64,000 bases of DNA, from assembly GCF_006345805.1 (NCBI RefSeq), contig NC_043009.1, positions 43,276,001-43,340,000 on the forward strand. Direction: 5' to 3'. Source of the stretch: Octopus sinensis (lineage: Eukaryota). The position numbers and the translations under genes are program-made. Under the pieces are notes generated by a model. It did not search any database and was not told the origin of the DNA. It saw only the letters and a list, made by a program, of their open reading frames with translations. Shown piece by piece: positions 40,792 through 54,118 of this stretch. Numbering within the stretch: position 1 is the stretch's first letter; every line of letters begins with the position of its first letter.

Positions 40792-41290
40792 CTCTCTCCA
40801 TTTGACCATTATATTGTCTATCGCTCTCCAAATTCCCATGTCATAATCTACGCCTCTTAAAACCCTGAGCGACAATTTTTCTCTCTCTCTCTCTCTCTCT
40901 TTCTAAACCCTTATATCACAGTCTATCTCTCTCACCAAACCTTTCTGTCACATTCTCTCTCTCCATTTGACCATTATATTGTCTATCGCTCTCCAAATTC
41001 CCATGTCATAATCTACGCCTCTTAAAACCCTGAGCGACAATTTTTCTCTCTCTCTCTCTCTCTCTTTCTAAACCCTTATATCACAGTCTATCTCTCTCAC
41101 CAAACCTTTCTGTCACATTCTCTCTCTCCATTTGACCATTATATTGTCTATCGCTCTCCAAATTCCCATGTCATAATCTACGCCTCTTAAAACCCTGAGC
41201 GACAATTTTTCTCTCTCTCTCTCTCTCTCTTTCTAAACCCTTATATCACAGTCTATCTCTCTCACCAAACCTTTCTGTCACATTCTCTCT
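40792..41290. repeat. 3 x 165-bp near-identical tandem repeat
   Basis: tttgaccatt recurs at 40801, 40966 and 41131. Confidence 0.93.
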
Positions 41291-41509
41291 CACCATTTTA
41301 CCATTTCACAATTTACCCTTCTGCAAAACATGACACAAATTATCTCTCCTTAAATCAACAGTTTTATCTTCTCCAAATCAATACCCTAGAAAAAAGTGTT
41401 CAATAGTGTTTTGGTGTTGCATGCAGGACATGTTGACAGTTATGTGGATTAAGCTTCTAAAGAGGTTGCAATTATAGCCAAAAATATAATTTAATGTCAA
41501 TGTCAAAAT

Positions 41510-42052
41510 ATATGAACTACCAGCATCTCTGCTAGCAATCTTATATCCTGTTGGTAGCATTCATAAAACAAGTTAAACATCTCATGGACTGCTTGTCTTA
41601 GCTTACAGTCTTATACTCAACTGATAACATTCATAAAACATATTAAATATCTTATGGACTGCTAATGCCTCTACAAGCAGTCTTATATCCAGTCAACAAC
41701 ATTCATAAAACAAGTCAAGTTTCTCATGAACTGCCAGTGTCTCAGCTTGCAGTCTTATATAATGTTGACAGCATTCATAAAACGAGTTACACTTTAAGTT
41801 AAATCTCATATGCACTGCCAATATCTCTGCTAGCAGTCTTATATCTTTTTGGTAGCATTCAAAAAACAAGTTGAATCTCCTATAGATTGCTTGTCTAAGC
41901 TCACAGTCTTATATTCAACTGATTGCATTCGTAAAACAAGTTAAATTTCTTATGGACTTCTTGTGGCTCAGCTAGCAATCTTATACCCTTTTAATAACAT
42001 TTAAAAACAAGTTAACTGTCCTATGAACTGTTAATGTCTCTACTAGCAGTCT
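41510..42052. repeat. Degenerate minisatellite, about 7.5 units of 70-84 bp
   Basis: cagtcttata...cattcataaaacaagtt recurs; unit starts near 41531, 41601, 41673, 41745, 41829, 41899, 41971, 42042. Confidence 0.88.
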
Positions 42053-42507
42053 TACCTCTATATTGATAATGTATGCAATGGTGTTATTTGTAAACAACAC
42101 TTGGAAAAAAACTGCAAAATTTGCCAAAATATTGGATGTCATTTTTCCAAAAGGACTTGAGAAAAATATTGAGAATTTGGTATTATTTATGTATTAGAAA
42201 TGATGAAGTGTGAAGACAAGCATTATCACGAAGACTCCAAGACAAAAATGAACAAAGTGCCTTGCTGGTTACAACCTGTGGCAGCCATGTGGCCGATATG
42301 CATAGGTAGCAATGTGGTGGACATCAGTAGGAGAAAGTAGAAGACACAGATGACCAAGAGTCACCTGGGCACTGAAACTTCCATAAGAATCTGAAGTCTG
42401 GAAACAGACACTAGTAAAACAGAAGAATATGCAACTAATGGAAAAACTGGTGAAGAACCACTGTCCAATGTGCATATCATTCATATTATATGCACATTAT
42501 GAACATT

Positions 42508-43045
42508 CATAGGAGTGGCTGTGTGGTAAGTAGCTTGCTTACTAACCCCATGGTTCCGAGTTCAGTCCCACTGCATGGCACCTTGGGTAAGCGTCTTCTA
42601 CAATAGCCTCAGGCTGACCAAAGCCTTGTGACCGGATTTGGTAAATGGAAACTGAAAGAAGCCTGTGGTACACAGACACAAATAACAAAATGCATACATA
42701 CATACATACATACATACATACATACATACATACATACATACGTACATACGTACGTATGTACGTATGAATGTATGTATGTATGTATGTATGTATGTATGTA
42801 TGTATGTATGTATGTATGAATGTATGCATGCATTTTGTTATTTGTGTCTGTCTTTGTGCCTCCACAATTGGATGACAACTGATGTTGGTGTGGCTATATC
42901 CCTGTCACTTAGTGGTTTGGCAAAAAGAGATTGATAGACTAAGTACTAGGCTCACAAAGAATAAGTCCTGGGGTCGATTTGCTCGACTAAAGGCAGTGCT
43001 TCCACATGGCCACAGTCAACTAACTGAAACAAGTAAAAGAATTAT
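42508..43045 (+). mobile_element. SINE family A with expanded (TACA)/(TATG) interior
   Basis: Head and tail homologous to 2649-3048. Confidence 0.82.
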
Positions 43046-43072
43046 AGAATAAAAGAATGTATGCATGTATGT

Positions 43073-43115
<43 letters not shown>

Positions 43116-44938
43116 CGCACATGTACATACATATGCTTCCACTACTTGTTGCATATCCTTGACTTTTTGAGAACATCATCTGCCAACATTATGAAATAAT
43201 AATGAACCCCTAGAAACAGCTGTCGGACTCATAACACCATACTTTCTCCCTTTAATTTCGTGTGTCTTTGTACTCTGTGTAAGTTTGCTCTGTTAATATA
43301 TAAATATTTATACATACATATTCATCATCCGAATATTTTGAGTCTTTGTTATTCTCTTTCTATTTACACATATATACGTATGTATATTTTATATACATAC
43401 GTATATATGCCTAAGTGGTCTAATTTATTTATTTGCATCATTATCTTTATGTATGTGTATATATATATATGTATGTATATAAGTATGGATGTATCATAAA
43501 GTGCATGTGGTTATATGTATATATCTCTGCACATATATGTGTATATGTATGTGAAAATGTGTATGTCAGTATATAATATGTGCACATGTATATATATGTG
43601 CGTGTGTGTGTTTAGATATACATCTATGTGTGCATGTATCTATATGAATGTGTGTGTATGAGAAATAGAAGTGCGTGGGTGTATATAGCACAAAAAATAT
43701 TATATACATTTATATATTTACTCATAGCAATAACAGCTAAACTATTTTATTTCTTTCGAGAGATATCAAGCAAGCATTAATAACAAAGGACACAACAAAA
43801 TAATAATAGTCAATCGTTGACAATAGAGTGTTGTTCTTTACTGTATCAAATATAGGGGGGTTGTAGAGTGGGGCCTGAGAGGGTGAGGTCTAAGAGGGTG
43901 GGGTGAAGTCGTGGGTGGTGGGTGTTAGGGCTGGAGCAGGATGGGATGTTTGACGAGAAATTGTTATTCTGGTTTCGGAGATATCTGCATCGGCAGCAGT
44001 GATGGGTGAATGCAGGGGGTGGGGTAAGTGTGGAAACAAAGGAAATAATTTAGTAATTCCAGCTGAGACCATTATAACGTTTTTTGTTTTTTTTGTGAGA
44101 ATGAAGAAAATGGTAAGAGAGTAGTCGTTGGAGGGGCAGGAGGAGGAGAGGCAGCAGTAGCAGAAATGAAGAGGATTATTTTGGTTGAAAAAGTTCCTGA
44201 CATCCATTGTTGAAGAGACAACAGAGAATCAGCAATCAATATTTATGGAAGAACTTTGGTCAGACTATAACTATCAATTGGAATCTTTAAAAAATTTATC
44301 TTTTATTCTGGCGGGGGTTTTCTTTTTACCATTTTTTAAAAATTTATTCATTTATTTATTTGTTTATTATTGTTTCTGTTGGAATATTTTCTGAGAACTG
44401 ACAAAAAACAAAAAGAAAATTTTAATGAGTTACTCTGAAGAAAATTGAACAAAAAGAAAATATTCTTACTGGTCAGTGCAAGCAAATGTTAATGGAACCG
44501 ATATTTCTACCACTAAATGTGATATCATTATTATTATTATCATTATTATTATATTTTTTTACATCATTTGATTCTATGTAAATCTTCCCACTTTATGTCT
44601 GTCTCCGTATTGTCACCCTCCACATCAGTGGTCTTCATGGCAAATAAAAGAAATCATTATTATGGCTATTATTTTTATCGTTATTGTTGTTCTTGTTACT
44701 ATCATTTTTAAAGTGGCAATCTGGCAGAATCGTGAGTACACCGAGCAAAATATTTAGCAGCATATAATAGAAACAGCTGTAAGCCAATGCAGTACATAAG
44801 ATAATTATTTACCTCCTTTCCCATCTCATCTTCCTATTAATATTCTATACTTGTCTAATGCTTCATTCTGAGCTTATGTATATCAAGTTCTACACCAGGT
44901 TATTAGTCTCACAATGCCTAAACAAAATGTATATATAA

Positions 44939-44990
<52 letters not shown>

Positions 44991-45301
44991 CGAATTCACA
45001 AAAAACAAAAGACGAAGACAGGTGGTGTAGACAACAAACAGATATATAGTATAACGCTTGGGAAATGAAAAAAGTCTTTAACGTTTCGAGCCTATGCTCT
45101 TCCACAGAAAGGAACAAAGAAATAAACAGGGAGAGAAAATAAAGAGATGCCATCATCATCATCATCATCATCGTTTAGCGTCCATTTTCCATGCTAGCAT
45201 GGGTTGGACGGTTCTACTGGGGTCTGTGAAGCCAGAAGGCTTCATCAGGCCCAGTCAAATCTGGCAGTGTTTCTACGGCTGGATGCCCTTCCTAACGCCA
45301 G

Positions 45302-45841
45302 TGTATATAAAAGGGTCTCAGGCTCAGTTCAAATGGCTACATGAAACTGATGGAGACCATGAGCAAATCCTGGCTGGAGAGGGTTGCAGCTGAAAGGTCT
45401 CGTGTTGTGGCAGCAACATTCAGCTCCTTGCCATACTGCTGCAAAGTGTAAGAAATAGTTGTCAGAGAATGTCTGCGACTTCACTAGCCTGAATGTCTGG
45501 CCTCCAGATTCCCCCAATTGTAATCCAATGGATTATTATGGGAGAGACACAGTTGAAAAAGAATACCATCTGCTCCACCTGCAACACCAACGCCAAGCTG
45601 GTGGCCAAGATCAAGGATGTGTTCAAAGATCTTCCCAGAGACACAATGAGAAATGCATATACCAGGTTGGGAGTCATCTTGAGGCTGTGGTAGAAGCTGA
45701 GGTTGGCTACTTTGAGTAAACTGTTATTCCCAGCCATAATCTGATATTTTTTTTATTTTATAAAATACTTTTAATTTTGGATAGGATATTGTTTTCTTTT
45801 CCTTTTATGCGAACTATCAAATTTAGCCTGAATACTTTGTA
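45302..45841 (+). mobile_element. Tc1/mariner-superfamily transposase C-terminus + 3' TIR (unit 1)
   Basis: WQQHSAPCH (D2 region), WPPDSPNCNPMDY (D3 region), ...VVEAEVGYFE*; ends aaatttagcctgaatactttgTA. Confidence 0.8.
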
Positions 45842-45892
45842 TGTATATATATATGCATGTGTGTGTGTGCATTATATTATATTATATTATGT

Positions 45893-45923
<31 letters not shown>

Positions 45924-46251
45924 TATATATATATATAGGGCGAATTCACAAAAAACAAAAGACGAAGACAGGTGGTGTAGACAACAAACAGATATATTAG
46001 TATAACGCTTGGGAAATGAAAAAAGTCTTTAACGTTTCGAGCCTATGCTCTTCCACAGAAAGGAACAAAGAAATAAACAGGGAGAGAAAATAAAGAGATG
46101 CCATCATCATCATCATCATCATCGTTTAGCGTCCATTTTCCATGCTAGCATGGGTTGGACGGTTCTACTGGGGTCTGTGAAGCCAGAAGGCTTCATCAGG
46201 CCCAGTCAAATCTGGCAGTGTTCTACGGCTGGATGCCCTTCCTAACGCCAG

Positions 46252-46792
46252 TGTATATAAAAGGGTCTCAGGCTCAGTTCAAATGGCTACATGAAACTGA
46301 TGGAGACCATGAGCAAATCCTGGCTGGAGAGGGTTGCAGCTGAAAGGTCTCGTGTTGTGGCAGCAACATTCAGCTCCTTGCCATACTGCTGCAAAGTGTA
46401 AGAAATAGTTGTCAGAGAATGTCTGCGACTTCACTAGCCTGAATGTCTGGCCTCCAGATTCCCCCAATTGTAATCCAATGGATTATTATGGGAGAGACAC
46501 AGTTGAAAAAGAATACCATCTGCTCCACCTGCAACACCAACGCCAAGCTGGTGGCCAAGATCAAGGATGTGTTCAAAGATCTTCCCAGAGACACAATGAG
46601 AAATGCATATACCAGGTTTGGGAGTCATCTTGAGGCTGTGGTAGAAGCTGAGGTTGGCTACTTTGAGTAAACTGTTATTTCCAGCCATAATCTGATATTT
46701 TTTTTATTTTATAAAATACTTTTAATTTTGGATAGGATATTGTTTTCTTTTCCTTTTATGCGAACTATCAAATTTAGCCTGAATACTTTGTA
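46252..46792 (+). mobile_element. Same Tc1/mariner fragment (unit 2)
   Basis: Duplicate of 45302-45841. Confidence 0.8.
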
Positions 46793-47287
46793 TGTATATA
46801 TATATGCATGTGTGTGTGTGCATTATATTATATTATATTATGTTATATATATATACATATATAAGTTCAGGCTTCACTGTTAAGAAATTCACCTTCTATC
46901 AGAAGGTAGTCAAAGTAACAGTGAAGTTTAGCTGACAGCTGATGAAGGGCTAAAATTTGTTTATATTTAATATTATCATCTTATTCTGAAATGTCTATTC
47001 GTCTGTGTTTCTCTTTTCCTTTTTCCTACCTTTCCATGTAAACTTTTGTCTAAAAGACATTCCGCATTCCTTGTTTTCACTTTGTCCTGTAAAATTTTTG
47101 TTATCATCCTGTTTGGCAAATTTTATGAGCCTACGTCCACTTTTATCTTTTGTACATGGCTCTTTGTACACTTTTTTCTCATACACACAATCATATATAT
47201 ATATGCATATAAAGTAAACAGCAATGGCATTTAAAACCACCATATAACAATACATAAACACACATACATACACATCCATGCACATAT

Positions 47288-47349
<62 letters not shown>

Positions 47350-47663
47350 GGGCGAATTCACAAAAAACAAAAGACGAAGACAGGTGGTGTAGACAACAAA
47401 CAGATATATTAGTATAACGCTTGGGAAATGAAAAAAGTCTTTAACGTTTCGAGCCTATGCTCTTCCACAGAAAGGAACAAAGAAATAAACAGGGAGAGAA
47501 AATAAAGAGATGCCATCATCATCATCATCATCATCGTTTAGCGTCCATTTTCCATGCTAGCATGGGTTGGACGGTTCTACTGGGGTCTGTGAAGCCAGAA
47601 GGCTTCATCAGGCCCAGTCAAATCTGGCAGTGTTTCTACGGCTGGATGCCCTTCCTAACGCCA

Positions 47664-48206
47664 GTGTATATAAAAGGGTCTCAGGCTCAGTTCAAATGGC
47701 TACATGAAACTGATGGAGACCATGAGCAAATCCTGGCTGGAGAGGGTTGCAGCTGAAAGGTCTCGTGTTGTGGCAGCAACATTCAGCTCCTTGCCATACT
47801 GCTGCAAAGTGTAAGAAATAGTTGTCAGAGAATGTCTGCGACTTCACTAGCCTGAATGTCTGGCCTCCAGATTCCCCCAATTGTAATCCAATGGATTATT
47901 ATGGGAGAGACACAGTTGAAAAAGAATACCATCTGCTCCACCTGCAACACCAACGCCAAGCTGGTGGCCAAGATCAAGGATGTGTTCAAAGATCTTCCCA
48001 GAGACACAATGAGAAATGCATATACCAGGTTTGGGAGTCATCTTGAGGCTGTGGTAGAAGCTGAGGTTGGCTACTTTGAGTAAACTGTTATTTCCCAGCC
48101 ATAATCTGATATTTTTTTTATTTTATAAAATACTTTTAATTTTGGATAGGATATTGTTTTCTTTTCCTTTTATGCGAACTATCAAATTTAGCCTGAATAC
48201 TTTGTA
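47664..48206 (+). mobile_element. Same Tc1/mariner fragment (unit 3)
   Basis: Duplicate of 45302-45841. Confidence 0.8.
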
Positions 48207-48699
48207 TGTATATAATATGCATGTGTGTGTGTGCATTATATTATATTATATTATGTTATATATATATACATATATAAGTTCAGGCTTCACTGTTAAGAAA
48301 TTCACCTTCTATCAGAAGGTAGTCAAAGTAACAGTGAAGTTTAGCTGACAGCTGATGAAGGGCTAAAATTTGTTTATATTTAATATTATCATCTTATCTG
48401 AAATGTCTATTCGTCTGTGTTTCTCTTTTCCTTTTTCCTACCTTTCCATGTAAACTTTTGTCTAAAAGACATTCCGCATTCCTTGTTTTCACTTTGTCCT
48501 GTAAAATTTTTGTTATCATCCTGTTTGGCAAATTTTATGAGCCTACGTCCACTTTTATCTTTTGTACATGGCTCTTTGTACACTTTTTTCTCATACACAC
48601 AATCATATATATATATGCATATAAAGTAAACAGCAATGGCATTTAAAACCACCATATAACAATACATAAACACACATACATACACATTCATGCACATAT

Positions 48700-48754
<55 letters not shown>

Positions 48755-49671
48755 TATATATGCATATATATATACGCTATATATGTATATCTACAAATAT
48801 ACACGCACACATACATATATATATATGTATGTATATATATATATATACACATACATGTGTACACATATACATGTACATTTGTATGTATACATGTGTGTGT
48901 GTGTATATAAGTAATCATCATTATTTTGCATCCATTTTTCACGTTGGTATGGCTTGGATGGCTCAACCTTATCCAAGCCATTTCTGTTATACGTCTGTAT
49001 GAATGTGTTAGTATATGCATGATATATGTGTGTGTATGTATGTCTACATATATCTATATATATACATATGTGTATATATAAAAACATATGTATACACACA
49101 CATAACAAGCAAGATATGTATGCATATATATATTTATATATTTATATATTTATCTTTTGTCGAAGTGTATATGTATCCATTATATATATTAAAAAAAAAC
49201 ACAGCTGTATTTGTATTTTATCTACTTTATTAAGAATTGTTCAGCCTTCCTTCTTAACCCTTTATAGTTTCTTTGGAACAATAAACTTGGTAGGTCCATT
49301 GATATTTCTAGGTATTGCCATTCTTATCTTTTACCATTATGTGGTGCCATTGATGCTGTTGTTATCATCAGAAATAGGGGGAACATTTTTTACCATTAAT
49401 GTCAGGATTCTGTTGCAATGTGTAGGAAGTAGTTTGACTGTGATGGCTTGGTCTTGACTTATTGCATCAACAGAATATATGTATAGGTGCAGACAAGGCT
49501 GTTTGGTTAAGCCATTTACACAGTAATCACATAGTTCTAGGTTCAATTTCACTGCAAGGCACCTTGAGGATGAGCAAATATCTTTTACTTTAGTCTTGGA
49601 TTAACTTAACCAAAGTATTGTGAGTGAAAAATGGTAGACAGAAACTAGGAGCGAAGCCAGCCTTATATAAG

Positions 49672-50056
49672 ATCTTGATGCTTCATCAGGACAGTGCTAC
49701 AGCTCACAAATCCTTGGATTTAGTTATAGCTATATATGGCTGTGGCTTCAAAAAATCACCCTCCCTATCCTCCTGATTTGGCTCCATTTGACTATCATTT
49801 GTTTCCCAACATGATAAAACACTTGGTTGAGAATGGATATCAAAGTGGTGATGATATCCTGTTTGCTGTTGATAATATTTTGACCAACAGGAAGAAAGCT
49901 TCTTCACCATTGTGATCCATGCACCGCAAAACCCATGAAAGAAGTCTGTGGACCAAAAGAGGGTTTATGTTGTACAATAAACCGTATTTAGTCACATTCC
50001 ATAAGAATACCTTGGTCAGCTTATGAATCTTTCAGCAGACTCTTGTACAAACACAC
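49672..50056 (+). mobile_element. Decayed mariner 3' fragment
   Basis: LHQDSATAHKS, then degenerate PYSPDLAPSDY region and KKSVD...GYVVQ*; TIR-like end. Confidence 0.7.
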
Positions 50057-52005
50057 AAACAAATATACATTATTTCAAATGAAGCTGAAGGGACTTCAAC
50101 AACTGTTGTTACTCGGGGCTTCATGTGACCATTCCTCAGACAGTCTTGAATGCTCAGAACTACTTGGTGAATGGTTACATGAAACTCTGAGTAATAGCTT
50201 GTGAGGAGTTTTCAGGTTCAATGATACTGTATCTTACTCAACCACTGGTGTTTGAATTCTATTTTGTCCACTGTATTTTGCACTTACATATTCACATGTA
50301 TGTCTGTGTGTGCATCTGTGTATGTGTGTGTGTTTGAGTGTATCTGTGTGTCTGTGTTAGTGTGTGAGTGTGTGTGTGTGTGTGTAATGATTTTTTTACT
50401 TAGGCCTAACGAAACTAATAGCCAATAGCGAGAATTCAATAGACTTATGCTTTAGATTAAATCATTTGATGAGATGACTTGTCTGAAGAAGTGGTTGTAT
50501 ACCATGGATAGTCCATCATCTCTGTATAGGCCTACTTCTATAGAATTAAATTCATTTAGGATGGTATATAAAATAAATTAACCCATAATGTTACATACCT
50601 TTTGCATTTGTGTGTGTGTGTGTGTGTGTGTGCGCGTGTGTGTGTGTGTGTATGTACATGTGTGTATACATATCACAGTATCAAGGTGTTGACCAGACTA
50701 GCAGACATTATACATCACTAGTCACAATGCGCTTTGCATTGTTTTAGCTTTGGAATGATGCCACCCCACTGGGTAAGCAAATAGGTTAATGCTAACCCTG
50801 AGCAGAAGACTTTTACAGCTGAGTGAACTGGAACAACATGAAGTGTTTTGCTAACAAACAAAATGCTCCACCCAGGCAGGGAATCAAACCCATGATCTAG
50901 CCCTGTTGTTGTCACATCTCTCAAGGAGAAGAAAACTCTGAGAGAAAACCTGCAACACTGAAAATATTCAATAACGTAGACTAGTTCTTCATTTTAGGTT
51001 TATGTTGTCCATGTTCAGAGAGTGGGATTCGAATTGTGAAAATCCCTTCCCCACTATAAAAAAATTATCATGCGCAGGCATCACTTGAAAAAAAAGTAAG
51101 ACCTATCACAAAAATGGCTGGTCATAGCTTTCGCATGTATGGCGCTTTGGATCAGGTGAGGGTAGTACTCGAACATGAGTTTGTATCCGTCAATGTATGT
51201 ATGTATGTATGTATGTATGTATGTATGCATATTGTATGTATGTATGTATGTTGTATGTGTGTGTATATATATGTAGGTATATTTATGTATGTATGCATGT
51301 TTGTATGTATGTATGTTTGTATGTGTATATATATGTAGGTATATATATATTATGTATGTATGTATTTATGTATGTATGCATGTTTGTATGTATGTATGTA
51401 TGTTTGTATGTATGTTTATATATACGTAGGTATATATATTATGTATGTATGTATGTGTATATATATATAGGTATATATATTATGTATGTATCTATTTATG
51501 TATGTATGCATGTTTGTATGTATGTATGTTTGTATGTATGTGTATATATATGTAGGTATATATATTATGTATTTATGTATGTATGTATGAATGATGTACG
51601 TATGTATGTTTCTATGTATGAATATATATACTTGAAATATATCTTAAATTTTTTTAATATTGTGACTGTATCAAAAATATTTTCAAAAAATTTAGTAAAC
51701 ATGTATATATAGATATATAGATAGATATATATATAAAACATAATATACATACATAAATACATACCTATATGACCTTGGATTGTTTCTTGACTGCAAAAAT
51801 TGTGTCAAGACATAAGGGTTTCTAATTAATGCAATAACGATCTAACCATATTGGCAGTGTTTTTGTAATCAAATGTTTTGAGTGAGGTCTGTGGTCCCAC
51901 TAATGAGAACATACAATTCAAGATACTCATTAACCAACATATATTTACATTTGGCATATTTGTGTGTGTGTGTGTGTATGTGTGTTTGTGTGTGTGTGTG
52001 TGTGT

Positions 52006-52041
<36 letters not shown>

Positions 52042-52258
52042 CTGTAGGTCAATGTCTGGTTTTGGTTTTATACTGTATATGTTTATATGTTAATCATTGT
52101 GTATACTTTGTTTGAAAGAATGTGTGTGTATATGAAAATAACATTATATATATATATATATAAGTTCAGTAAAATTTAGATTCAGTTGAATATGGTACTT
52201 AAATTAAAGGCACTAGAATTTAGTATGGTATTACCCATATAATTCAAAATGGGGTGAT

Positions 52259-52455
52259 TAATCAAAATAAGCAACAAGGATATCCAGAGGTAATGCGTAC
52301 AATCGTTTCATGCAACTCCATTCTATATTTTTATGCAGCTGAAGATTGCTCAACATTTTAAATTGATGTAATATTTGCATTGTTCAATGAAATGGAGTAG
52401 CATGAAACGATCGTACTGCATTACCTCTGGATATACTTGTTGCTTATTTTGATTA
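52259..52455. mobile_element. MITE-like inverted repeat (about 65-bp arms)
   Basis: taatcaaaataagcaacaag.atatccagaggtaatgc.tac.atcgtttcatgc.actccatt mirrored at 52391-52455; TA-flanked. Confidence 0.75.
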
Positions 52456-52929
52456 TATATATATATATATATATATATATTATGTATGTATGTATGTATA
52501 AGAAAAAAAGGTGAATTAAAAATCCAGGCAGATTTTAAAAATGCAGCACTAAGTTTTAAATGAATCTGGTTAACCATATCCAACAATCACACTCCAGTAA
52601 ATGCGAGTAGAATACATATCCAAGGTAATTCATGGTGTATGACACGTAGATCCAAATATCATTGAGAAATTCATAATATTTGATTACAAAAATACAGATA
52701 GAGAAAATCACATCTTTAATTGTAGAATTCGCCATACACAGCCAGCAATTGTTTCTCTTCTATTACCATGTTTAGATATAGAAAATATCATTTTAATTAA
52801 TATTATTGAAAACACATATTAACACAACATTTTCAAGGTGATTGAAAATATCATTTTAATTAATATTATCGAAATACATTTTAAGACATCATTTTCAAGG
52901 TGATTGAAAATTAGTTAAATTCAAAATGA

Positions 52930-53470
52930 ACTAAGGAAATATTTCCAGTGCAGAAACACGTACAAAAAGAACATCAAAAAGAAATATATATATCAGTAGA
53001 AATGTTCTCGTATATATGAAATCATTTATGTGCAATGATGTTATAAACAGAGTGGTGCTGAAACAACTGCAACTGTTAATAAAGATGCACTAAATCATTC
53101 TTTGTCACAATGTGCAGTAAGACTTGCATTTCTAAATCTTCTTTAACTTCTTATCACAGAAATCATCTTCATACAGATGGCCCAAATGACATAAAGTTCA
53201 TTCCAGCAGACGTCCTCATATAGCATATTTGTATTAAGACAAGTAAGCAACATGCTGATCTAAAAAGGCATTTAAGATTCCATAAATCAGGCAAGTCAAG
53301 CAAGTCTGTGTCACTTAGGGTGAGACAAATTTGCACTAATTGCAGTGCAAATTTCCAACAGCTCTTAGAACTTGAAAGTCATTTACATTCGTGTGAACAG
53401 AAAAAATACATCAAACAGGAAACAGAAAGTGCCCAAGCTTTGAACAGAGTCATATCTCCATATATCTGTT
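52930..53470 (+). pseudogene. Decayed C2H2/C2HC zinc-finger coding sequence
   Basis: Fingers: C..CSKTCISKSSLTSYHRNH (53103-53166, +1 frameshift, F>C, H>Y); RPH linker + [18 protein letters not shown] (53230-53283); intact [21 protein letters not shown] (53332-53394, C-x2-C-x3-F-x5-L-x2-H-x3-C). Confidence 0.62.
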
Positions 53471-53483
53471 CGTGTATGCATGT

Positions 53484-53551
<68 letters not shown>

Positions 53552-53580
53552 ATATATATCTATATATATATATATATATA

Positions 53581-53659
<79 letters not shown>

Positions 53660-53767
53660 AAAGGGAAAGTTAACGAAAATAAACAAAAGACGAAGGCAGG
53701 TGGAGTACAAACAAACAAATGCATTAGTATAGCAGTCATGGAATAGAAAAAGTATTTTATGTTTATA

Positions 53768-53798
<31 letters not shown>

Positions 53799-53898
53799 AT
53801 ATATATAATTTCAACAATTGAGGGTAAAATTAATTAATTAATCAATTTCACCAAGTATTCAGTATGCAAAGGGACCATTTAAGGCGAATTCAAATTAT

Positions 53899-53942
<44 letters not shown>

Positions 53943-54052
53943 CATACATATATATCGTTACACACACATACATATATATATATTCTTGGCAATGGCTTTG
54001 ATACAAAGATACTTAATGGTCGGATCCCCTTCGCCCATCCAACGTTGGTGAA

Positions 54053-54118
54053 TGATGTGACTGATGTGACTGGTGTGACTGATGGGACTGAGGGGACTGG
54101 TGGGATTGATGTGACTGA
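54053..54118. repeat. 9-bp unit minisatellite (GATGTGACT)n-like
   Basis: About 7 degenerate units. Confidence 0.8.

Larger units (their letters stand above)
44987..48720. repeat. Three-unit tandem duplication (units start 44987, 45937, 47349; periods 950 and 1412 bp)
   Basis: agggcgaattcacaaaaaac marks each unit; the ORF track shows repeated identical peptides; units are separated by (TA)n. Confidence 0.95.

Noticed and set aside
41510-42052. CRISPR-like periodicity
   Set aside because: Whole units are mutually homologous (no unique spacers), the context is eukaryotic, and there are no cas genes.
42195-42500. Coding-like stretch with KTGEEP and CPMC words suggesting another zinc finger
   Set aside because: The words are in different frames and the downstream F/L/H/H spacing does not fit.
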